Assembly (NCBI RefSeq): GCF_001194135.2
Contig: NC_068983.1
Coordinates: 123,613,465-123,677,464 of the forward strand
Reading direction: 5' to 3'
DNA: 64,000 bases
From: Octopus bimaculoides
Taxonomy: Eukaryota
Shown here: positions 53,552 through 64,000 of the stretch, piece by piece
Position numbering within the stretch: position 1 is the stretch's first letter
Layout: each line of letters starts with the position of its first letter
The notes under the pieces: model-generated
Database searches by the model: none
Seen by the model: only the letters and a program-made list of their open reading frames with translations
What the model was told of the DNA's origin: nothing
Program-made: the position numbers and the translations under genes

Positions 53552-53597
53552 GACACCTGATGAAGGCTGGAGGGTATATCAGCCGAAACGTTGTGTT
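53552..53597 (+). ncRNA. Minimal type I hammerhead ribozyme motif (intact copy)
   Basis: Stem I GACAC/GTGTT, core CTGATGA plus extra A, stem II GGCTG-[GAGGGTATAT]-CAGCC, GAA, palindromic ACGT stem III; predicted cleavage after 53592. Confidence 0.8.
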
Positions 53598-56519
53598 AAA
53601 CAAGATGAGGACAAATATCTGTCAAATGTAAATAATGTACATAATTCCTCATCTCTTAAATATAGAACTGAATGAGCTTCTTATCAGGATAATGGACGGC
53701 AGTATTTAGTCATTATATTTCATTACAGTTGACTTAGTCAATCATCTTCTTAGACTTGATAAAATAAATACCAGCCATATACTGGAGTAAATATAATTGA
53801 CTGTAACTCACTATCTGTATAATATTTGTGTCCTTCTGCCAATATTAAATATCTGTATTACTGACTATTCTCTCATAAAGACAAAAGTTAAAAAGTAATT
53901 TGTAATTCCGGTAAAATTTGATCTCAGAACACTGAGATCAAATCCACCACTGCTATTGAAAATATGAATGTGTAATATTTATCTTGTTCTTGTTTACAGT
54001 CTATACATGGTTTAGTTAAGCAGAAAAAGCAACCAGAGGAAGCCAGTACCACTGTTTATGCTAGAGCCATATCAGAACATTCTGCAACAAGGTTAGATCG
54101 GAATTTTTGTGTTTTATTTTTTATTTTCCCAATTTTTTTTAATGTTTTGGTGTTTAGCTTCTTTCTTCTTTTTTTTTCTGTCTTTTTCTTAACATTCTTT
54201 CTCCTGGTGCTGGTGTCACATAAAATGCACTGGTGATGGTGCCATGTAAAAAAGCACTAGTGATGGTGCCACATACCAAGCACTGGTGATGGTACCACGT
54301 ACAAAGCATTGTGATTGTGCCATGTAAAAAGCACTAGTGATGGTACTATGTAAAAAGCATTGGTGATGATGCCATGTAAAATGCACTGGTGATGGTATGT
54401 AAAAAGTACCCAGTACACATTGTAAAGTGGTTAACATTAAGAAGGGCATCCAGTTGTAGAAACCAAGTCTAAACAGATTATGGAACCTGGTGAAGTCTGT
54501 GACCTTGCCAACTCCTGTCCAGCTGTCCAACCCATACCAGCATGGAAAACAAATGTAAAATGAAGATGATGATGATTTTCATGTTTCTTTTATTCTTCCA
54601 TCTCTTTCATTCTTTTTCTTTCTCAATATTTATGTTTTAGGGATACAATCTGCTAACCATATTTGAACCCAAGTGTAGGGTACTTGAAATCAAGTAATCA
54701 ACCTCTTTCATCACACTCAACAGAATAGATGTTGTTATCAACAACTGAATCGATGCTATAATGAAGAACATTGTAAATAAACAGTCAGTAGTTGCTAATA
54801 TCATTTAGTAGTTTTTAAATGTCAGTAGTTGCTAATGCTGTCATTGTCAGAATTTTCAAATACCACACAGTAACTACGTAATTGCTAATTGTCAGTTGTT
54901 GCTAATACCATTTAGTAGTTATAGATATATATAGTAAACAATCAAAATGCAGAGTTGCAGCTGACCTTCACTGTCTTTTACTGTAAGTTAGCACAAACAA
55001 ATCTGGTCCATATCCAACTCTACATTGTGTTAGTGCCAAAGATTCTTAATGACATGTTGAGTAACTGCTGCTCCACATAGGGTGGATCTACCTAATGGCT
55101 GAATCAATTTTGAAAATTGACCCAGCTTCTTTCTTTAGCTGGGAAGGGCTAATAGTTTTCCTCTGACTACTAGCTAATCTATAATTTTTTTACTTCATTC
55201 ATTGAACTGCAGCTATGGTGAGGCATTGTCTTGAAGGGTTGATCAAGTCAGTCCCAGTACTTATTTTAAGTCTGGCACTTATTCTTTCTGTCCCTTGTTG
55301 CTAAGCCATTAAGTTACAGGGATGTAAACAAACCAACAGTGGTTGATAAGCAGTAAGAGACAAACACACACACACATATACATGACTGGTTTTTGTCTAT
55401 TGAATTCTCTCTCAAGACATAGGGTCTGCCTGGGACTGTAGTCAAAGACACCTTAAGTACCATGCCATGGGACTGAACATCAAAATATGTAGTTGCCAAG
55501 TTAACTTCTTAACCACATAGACATGTCTATGTCTATGGTAAAGGTAGTTGTAGAGTTAAGTTGGTTTAAGGTTTAAGGATGAGAATCTTTCTCTCTGGTC
55601 AAGTTCATGCCAAATTCTTGAAATATCACCTCTGGAAGAGGGAGGTGAAGGGAGAGAGAGAGAGATGTTACCTTCCAGTATGTTTTACAAAAAGTGTGAG
55701 AGAGAGAGACTAATAAGGCTGAATGGGTTTACCCTGATTATTCATTTGTAAATCTCTAATTGTGGAGGGAACATTTGGAAGGAGTAGACTCAAGAAGATG
55801 TTGAACAAAGTAGCGAGAAAGGATTTTCAGACACTGGACCTCACAAAGGAAATGACAAGGGACAGAAACTCCTGGCAGTTTGCTGTGCTTGAGAAGACAT
55901 GTGAAGCTAAGTAAAACCATGGCCATCCATACATACAGGAATGTTGTTTATGTCCTTCTTTCAGCTGAGAGGCCCTTCCCCTTAGGGCTTGCTGATGCTG
56001 GTGTCACATAAAAAGCACTCATGCTGTTCCACATAGAATTGCCTGTGTCACAAAAAAGTGCCTGTACTAATTCCACATAAGAAGCACCCAGTACATTCTT
56101 TGAAGTGGTTGGCATTAGGAAGGATATCCGACCATAGAAGCCATGCCAAAATAGACAATTAGAACCGGAACAGCTCTCCAGCTGGTCAGCTCTCCAGCTG
56201 GTCAGCTCTGGTCAAACCATCCAACCCATGCCAGCATGGAAAGCGGGTATTAAATGATGATGAAACAAATCAAGATGCCAGGAGAGGGCACATGTAATGT
56301 CTATGATAGAGTAATTGATGATTTTCAATTCTTTTGATTGTCCTTAGATAATGGTTTTATTCTCAAGACAGTTTTATTATATGAAAGTATGTCTAGTACA
56401 CAATATATACTTTCATTTTCATTTCTCATTCAGTATCTATGTAAACCTCTCCCCCAAACTTTTCGTAACTTGTCTAATTGATGTCCCCTCATCTGTTGAT
56501 CTAGTGAGAAATCAAAGAA

Positions 56520-57721
56520 TTTATTATTATTATTATTATTATAGATGTCGCACAGTATGCAATATCATGAGGTTGTTGATTGAAGATATTGTGTCTACCG
56601 GGCGTTTGTACTGTTTGTCAAGTCACAACAAAGACCTCAGACAGACACTACTTTGATCAATATGTGTGCAGTTCCAAGTAATGCCGACTTTTGCAATACA
56701 TCTAGATTGTAGGGTATCTCTAAGGTTTTCAGTTGATTCTTCAGATTGAGTGGTATTGAACCCAATGTTCCGATGACAATAGGGATAACCTTTATGTTCG
56801 ACTCTCATAGCTGCCACATCTTAGGGATCTCAATTCTCAGGTCTCCATATTTATCAACTTTTCTCTTTCTTTCATGATCTCCTGGCACTGCTACATTGAT
56901 TAGGCACTCTTGTTTGTCCCTCCTAAAGGTTACTATATCCGGCCTTCAGTGCTCTAACACTTTGTCTGTCTGGAAATCAAAGACCCAAAGGATTTTTGCC
57001 CTCCCCTTTTTGTCCTTTACCTTTTCCAGTCTCATATCCATACTTACAGCATAGTAGCCAGTGGCGGTTTTGAACTACTTTGTCATGTCTATGCTTGTAC
57101 TCTTTTTGCGCAAGACTTTCACAAGCACTAACAATATGAGTCACGCTTTCAACCTTCTTGCCACACGTTCTGCAGAGGTCCGATGCACTTGTGTGGTATA
57201 TATTCTTTTTCACTGAATTGGTATTCAATGCCTGGTCCTAGGCAGCGATGATTAGGCTTTCAGTATTTTTTGGGGGTTACCCTTGTTGAGCCACCTCCAT
57301 GATACTTCCTGGTCTTTTAATTTGTTGGTTTCATGGTGGAATTGACCATGTAATTCCATATGGAGTAGAGTTTCTTCTCTCTCATTGGCTGTTCTTGTTC
57401 GGAATTCATGATTACTCTCAAGTCCATTTTTGTTAACTCCTTCTGCACTAGCAGCATACTGTAGTAGGTCTTCTTTGCTGTTTACCAAATATTCTACCAT
57501 GTTTCTTTCACTGTTGATTCACTAATCAGCCCACATCCGCCCTTATCTCTCTTCATGTAGAGCCTGTGTACATTTGCCTTAGGGTGGAGGGAACCATGCA
57601 TTGTCATTGTCTTCCAGGTAGTGCAATCAAGTTGGTTAGTCTCCGCTTGTGTCCATCTCAGGATGGGTGCACTATAGCGGACTACAGCAATTCTGGCAGA
57701 TCTGTCCATGACAGCTTCCAT
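56520..57721 (-). mobile_element. 5'-truncated R4/Dong-like non-LTR retrotransposon (RLE type)
   Basis: Remnants LYMKRDKGGCGL, HGQF, CRTC...HIVSAC zinc knuckle, PDIV nuclease region and C-terminal LQKSALLGTAHIL; short 3' UTR ends in (TAA)n at 56520-56542. Confidence 0.8.
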
Positions 57722-60514
57722 CTCATGTGATACATCTTTGAATGGGTTGGGAATAATTCCCAGTGTAAGTCAGTCACGCTCAGTTTTGATCAGTCTAAAA
57801 AGAGGTTTCCAAATGATGGTAAAAATGTAAGTCTTGGAGACAAAAATGGGAGAAAATTTGACGGAAGTGGAACAAAATTTTTTTAGGCAGCAATTAACCC
57901 TTTCGTTACCAACCTGGCTGAAACCGACTCTGGCTCTGTAGTACAAATGTCTTGTTTTCATAAGTTTTGAATTGAAATCTTCCACCAAACCTTAGTCACA
58001 ATTTATGTTCCTAACACTAGCCTAATGATAACTAAGTTATTATACTAAATTCTTTGTTATATTTAAGATAACTGAAAGAAACACAGAGCATCCCAAAATA
58101 AATACGGTAACAAAAGGGGTAAAATGAAATTATTTCTGAATTGCTCTTCAAATGCTTTTTGGAATATGCATTATGCCATTGATGACATTAAAGGGAATTA
58201 TCCAATGCGAAGTACACTGGGTCAAGGTCATTGTTCAATACATTCTGTAGCAGCTTAGGGATGATTGCTCATACAAGTACTCAGTTCTTACTTAATTAGA
58301 AGCATGTGTGGTTGCTTTATTTTGTCCTGCAATTAAAATTAATTTTTTTCTTTTAGTACCTTAGAGCTTTCTTTCATATTCTTATTTTTTGCTTGGAGAT
58401 AATGATTTCATTGCTAATTATGTGGTCACTTAATTTGATTATTCCATGGCACCTTGGGCAAGTGTCTTCTATAGCCCTGGGCTGAGCAAATGCTTGTGAG
58501 TGATTTGGTACATGGAAACTGAAAGAAGCCTGTTCTATCTGTGTAGTTTGTGTGTGTGTGTGTTCTCCATCACTACTTGACGACTAGTGTTGGTTTGTTT
58601 ACATCCTTATGACTTAACAGTTTGCCAAAAGAAACAGATAGAATAAGTACCAGGCTTAAAAAAAAAAAGTACTAGGATCAGTTTGTTTGACTAAACCCTT
58701 CAAGGCAGTGCCCCAGCATGGCTGCAGACCAATGACTGAAACAAATGAAAAGGATAAAATAAAGGGTGCTGGTAAAGTAAATTTCATGTGGCTTAAAATG
58801 AAGGTTGCATGACTGACCTGTTCCTTGGCAATGGGGCTACATCAACATAAGATTAAGCATGTGCTATAAAATAATGTGATTATTGTTTTTAGCTTGTGTT
58901 TAATACTTCTAAATTACCAAACTAGTATCATTAATAGGAGGAATTTCAACCATGGTTCGTGGTCTGCTATCACAACAGCTCCTTTATAGGATCCAGTTAG
59001 CTCAAGACATCATCAGGAGGAACCACATCCAGTTTCGGCCCCTACTCCTCTACCGTTTTGACGTGGTGCCCCCCTCTTTCGGAGGTGTCTTCGGCTCTGG
59101 TGTTGGGTGCATGTCTTCTTTCTTCTATTCCCTGGCCTCTTCGATGCAGCGTCAACAAGTGTCAGTGGCCGACTGACTGTCTTGTCAAATTTCCCTTTAA
59201 ATACCTACTGCTAGGCTCCAGCAGGCAGCCCCAGCAAGTTGTCACGTGACACTGTCTAAACTTTAACTGACCAATGGAGGGCGCGTTATCTTAGCTCAAG
59301 CATTCTCTAATCGAGACCATCACCTGTCAATCAGCGAAGCCACTTCAGTGCCAGCCTGAAAAAATGTAGTCTGATGATGTACATGATTGGAATGAAATCT
59401 TGCATAACTAATTCTTAACAAAAGTTTATGTCCAATGTCCTGACCTATTATGCTAAGTTAGAAAGTTTTGTAGTTCTAGTTGAAACTTGAGCCAAAACAA
59501 GAGTAACTGTGTATTTGAAATTGGTAGTTTTGTATATCAACCCCACAACATTTCTAATTACACATATTACTGGTTCTTCAAATTTTAGATATTTTTAAAT
59601 ACGTTGTCATTGTCAATTTCCTTTTAGTGTAATTACATATTGTAATGTCAAGTGGAACACAAGAATGTGCTATTGAATACTATTATGAATACATTCCTGT
59701 CTTATAAGTTTGAAACCTATGTATCTTTTATATAACAACACTCTTTATGAAACTTAAATCCTGAAACTTAAATCCTTCAAGGGTTTTTAGTAATTTACAC
59801 TGAAAACATCCAAATAAAGCTAATAAAACTGTTTAAAAAAATTGGGAACTAATTGTGAGCTGCAACCTAATTTAAATATTTTGTAAAAATTATTGCAAGA
59901 ATTGATTATAATTATGCAGTTAAGTTAATCATTCGGCTGTCATTAGAGCATTTGATAGAATATGTTATTATATTTGTTCCATCTCTCTTTGCTCTAGGTT
60001 CAAATCCTACCAAGGTCAGCTTTGTCTTTTTGGTGATGATAAATAAAATACAGGCCTAGTACTGGTACGGTCTTCCCTCCCTCCCTCCCTCCACTTGTCA
60101 CATCATGAATGTTCTGCTGGGTCAAGGAGTGGTAGTGATAGTGTCTGTGTATGCTTGTGACTACACAATTACCCTTAAACAGTTAGTGAAATGCTTGTAC
60201 AGGCTACTAAGTCATCTCTGATTGTGACGGCCATATTTGTTATACAATTATTGAGGAGGTCATTAAGTCTGTATTAGAAACTTATTTCGTATATATTACT
60301 ATAAGTTGATTATTAAACAATATTGAAAGCATTTACTGAAAAAATTAGAAATTTTTCTAGCAAATTTACTTGAAAAAAAAAATTTTCCGCTTGAATGAGC
60401 TGGCATAAATTTGTTCGTCATTGAAAAAAATGTCCCTCATTTATTATCATTAAAAGCTAACACAAACAAAAGATTCTCTAATTTATTTTGCTTTGTATAA
60501 ACCCATAGATGATC

Positions 60515-62610
60515 TAGGATTGCCAATTTAGCATATTTTATGCTAGATCTAGCATTTTTTTTTTTTTTTTNNNNNNNNNNATTGCCAATTTAGCATATTT
60601 TATGCTAGATCTAGCATTTTTTTTTTTTTCAGCATTTAGAAAATTTTTGAATCTAGCATTTAGCAGGTTTAAAATTCTTCTCCGATCATGACATTTCCAC
60701 AATAGTTACCCTTTTTTCTTCTTTTTTTCTCCTTTTCTACTTTTGTTAAAATATCTTATAGCCAAATTTTAGTACTATTGGTTATTGTTGAGTTTTCCTT
60801 TCACTTTCTTGAAACTTCAAATGTAAGTTTATCAAGTTATGAACTTTTCCAGCCCCCTCCTTCCACCGGCTTGGATACAGAGTGGTGCTGGTGGAGGGAG
60901 GGGGAGAAGATAACTCATGTTAGCACCTGGACTCACTACACAATAATGTAAATATGTTGCAAAGAATGAAAGCATGGAAATTCTTCCTAACAATAATTTA
61001 TTCTGTCGTGATAAATTTTTATCATGACAGGTTGACTGATTTACTTCCAGTTTGACTGTTTTAAAATAGGCCTGTGTTTTTTCATGCTGTTTTGGATTAT
61101 ATATCTTGTGTAGAAGTATGGGGCGGGGGTCTCCCCCTTTATATTTCTACTTACTTTTTTTTTCAAGTATTGTAGTTATATTTGTGGTTTTACCAATAGA
61201 TATTAAATGTAAGATTGGAAGTGAAATATGATGATCCCAGGTTTATATTAGAACACAGTTTTAGGATTTCTGCAGATTTTACTTTTCCATTTATGATATG
61301 GCCACCCTGCATCCTGAATCAGTATTCTTCACCTCAAGAATTTGTAAGCAGCAAACATAAGAATTGTTAATGATGAATGAAAGAATTGTTAGCGGCAAAC
61401 TGATAAGTTGTGTTTTCAACTTTATATTTTTATTAATCAGTCAATTTATTTTCATGCTTCCCACTACATTATAATGAGCAAAGAAAAAACAAATGCTGTA
61501 CCAGCAAAAATTCCGAAAGGGATGGCTTAAGATGCCAGCATTTACTAAGTGGGTGTGGGAAGTACCTAGTGACCAATCTAAAGCACTTTGCAGAAACATA
61601 AGGCATCAACTCCACAGCAAATGATTCCTCTTACCGATTTTATTAAAACCAAAAATGATAAGACATCAATGCTTGAAGCAAATTTAGCAATGTTTATTTG
61701 TTGCCACTCATCATTTAATGGCTGTGATCACTTAATTGAGTTATGTAAGAATTATATGTTAGTGATATTATGTCGAAAGTGAAGTTGTATCGTACAAAAT
61801 GAGCAAATATTGTGAGAAATGTTGTAGCTCCATATTTTGATGGAGATTTGATTTCTGATATAGGAGATAGAAAATTTAGCCTGTTATTAGATGAATCCAA
61901 TGATATATTGATAAACAAGTTGTTGGGACTTGTTATCATATATTATAGTGATACCCACAAAAAAGCAGTACATACATATCTCAGTATGGTATCCTTAGAA
62001 ACATGTGATGCAGATGACATTGTAGATGCCTTAAAAATTGAATTAGTGAAAAAGAAATTAGATATAAAAAATTTACTGGCTATAGAAACCGACAATGCTA
62101 GAGTAATGATAGGAGTCAACAATGGTGTTTTCCAGAAATTAAAAGACATTCCATCATTACTTCTATTTAGATGTGTATGTCATTCCTTATAGTTGGCAGT
62201 ATCCCACACTTGTACTGAATGCTTGCCCATAAATTTAGAATTTTCAGTATCCAAAACCAATAAATGGCCCTCTCATTCTTCAACAAGACAAAGTGCTACA
62301 AACAACTTTAGCTTGCTATTAATGATAAAGAGCCTTTGAAGATCATGAATTCTTGTACAATTGGGTGGCTGTCAATAGAACCAGCAGTAAATAGAATTTT
62401 AAGCCAATGGTTTGAATTGCAAACTCACTTCCAAACTACAACTACAAAAGAAAACTGCTTTACAGCACAAACGCTTCATGAAATGTTTTGTGATCCTAGG
62501 AATGAATTTTACTTTTTATTTTTGCATCCAATTTTAAAACATGTTCAGGAAGTGAATAAACTGTTTGAATCAAATACTGTTGACAAAACAAAATTATTTG
62601 AAGATCTTTC
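60515..62610 (+). mobile_element. Degenerate hAT-like transposon, 3' end lost
   Basis: Left end TAGGATTGCCAA; transposase remnants from about 61474: YQQKFRKGW, FSLLLDESND, TDNARVMIG, CVCHSL, WLSIEPAVNRILSQW; several stops and frameshifts. Confidence 0.8.
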
Positions 62611-64000
62611 AAATTGGGATAGAATCAGGAGGTTATGAGAGGCACACATTGTCTGGTACAAGTCAATGGGCTTGCAATTTGGAACCGGGACAGGCAAATC
62701 CATACCAGCCAGTGGTGGCTTCTGTCACTAGACTGAGGATTAAGTTAAAGAACTCAAGATCTGGTTCAGACCAGACCTGCAGGTAGAGAAAAACTAGGAA
62801 ATGATCACCAGTAGAGTAACCATTCTCACTCAGTAATGGAATGAAAAGAAGCTATCTCTGATAGGTTGGATGGATGTGGTTAATCTACATTGCCTCCATA
62901 GTGTACTACAACCTAACCATGATGTTTTGTCCCAGGAAACACAAGACCAGATTAAAGTGTAGGTTGGATCCAATTATCAGACAAGTTTATTATGAAGATC
63001 AACCAACTGCCTTTCTCTGGCAGGGAAAGGTGGTTAGTTTTCCTCTGTCTGGTAGCTATTGTGAAGATAGTGTAACACCCTCACTCTATATGTTACAGCA
63101 GTTGTTCACAGGAAGCCCACAAGTTGATAATTCATGAGCACTGTAAAGTGTATTCAGGAAAGTTTTTTTTGTCACCTTGCATGCATCTTGGACAGGTTCT
63201 TCTGCTGGCATTGCCTGCAAGTAGAGTTTGTCTTGAGCTGGCAATGCCCCACTGTAGCACTACCAACTCAAAGACTTTTGGAAATTGGCCATAATCCCTG
63301 ACCTGAAAGTCTTCCCAAAGAGACAGCTTAGATTGTCCTTGTTCATGTCCAGAACAGTCTTTAGTCCATCTTTGTTCATGCCTTCCATTAAGTCTCTATA
63401 AGTTTTGAGTGTTGACATTCAATTGACTGTATTGTCCAGTTGGTAAAGTGCAGTGAACATTCAAAAACATTCCAGGTACCATATACTCAACCTTGGTATA
63501 CACTTCAACTGAGACTGTAGCTCAGTCAAAGTGATAAGCTGCAGAAAACCATGTTGTTATATAGTATAGTATATATATATACTATAATAGTATATATTTC
63601 TTTGCTTTTGGATAGTACCTCAATCAACCAAGTCTCCTCGTTAAGTTAAATGATGTAGGTTTTTTTCCCCTTTACTAGCTAATCACACTTTCGTTATATA
63701 TGTTTCCTTTTCCTTATCTACAGTTATTATCTCCCCAATTGACTTTTTATGCCTTAAATTTGACAGATATTTATTGCTATTTGATGTGTTTTATTATAAA
63801 ACCATGACAATTTCCTTTGTACTAATTGTTGCTTAAACGGACAGATTTTTATACTTTTCTTATTTTATGCATTTTTAAATTTAAGATACGTTTTTTGAAG
63901 TTACCGGACCTGAAGAGTGTCCTCATATTGAGTGGTATTTATCGTGTTTGATTCATTGTAGATTGACAAGATATTTCCCACTGTTATGTGGCCATGAAAC

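Larger units (their letters stand above)
52875..53669 (-). mobile_element. 5'-truncated Penelope-like element with inverted pseudo-LTRs
   Basis: 14-bp TSD gaatgagcttctta at 52861-52874 and 53670-53683; pLTR copy A at 52875-53098 (-), GIY-YIG remnant at 53128-53427 (-), inverted pLTR copy B at 53432-53669 (+). Confidence 0.9.

Noticed and set aside
54205-54410. Regularly spaced repeats resembling a CRISPR array, also 12395-12670
   Set aside because: Head-to-tail degenerate units with no unique spacers, no cas genes, and a eukaryotic context
58950-59400. GC-richer promoter-like or pLTR-like segment with CTGATGA and GAAAC motifs
   Set aside because: The motifs cannot be folded into a valid hammerhead topology, and no TSD or ORF was found
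60520-60630. Direct duplication of about 50 bp across a 10-N gap
   Set aside because: Typical unmerged contig overlap

Overview
AT-rich, microsatellite- and transposon-dense animal genomic DNA with several assembly gaps. The repeat families point to a coleoid cephalopod, probably Octopus (inference). One complete protein-coding gene was reconstructed by hand on the minus strand: UBXN4/erasin, 12 coding exons at 3217-23514, 1503 nt CDS, 500 aa, ending TWNGNSTQQM*. It includes a 29-nt micro-exon followed by a U12-type intron. The rest is mobile DNA: RTE LINE fragments and 3'-end copies, tRNA-derived SINEs, a Buster-type hAT with intact TIRs and TSD, a second decayed hAT, an R4/Dong-like retrotransposon, Tc1/mariner and piggyBac-type MITEs, and GG-ended MITEs with 8-bp TSDs (Merlin-like), two families of which carry TTAGGG repeats. 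The most unusual structure is one Penelope-like insertion (52875-53669, 14-bp TSD). Its two inverted pseudo-LTRs each combine a tRNA-like Pol III promoter head with a minimal hammerhead ribozyme and flank a GIY-YIG endonuclease remnant. No CRISPR arrays, rRNA genes or convincing true tRNA genes were seen.
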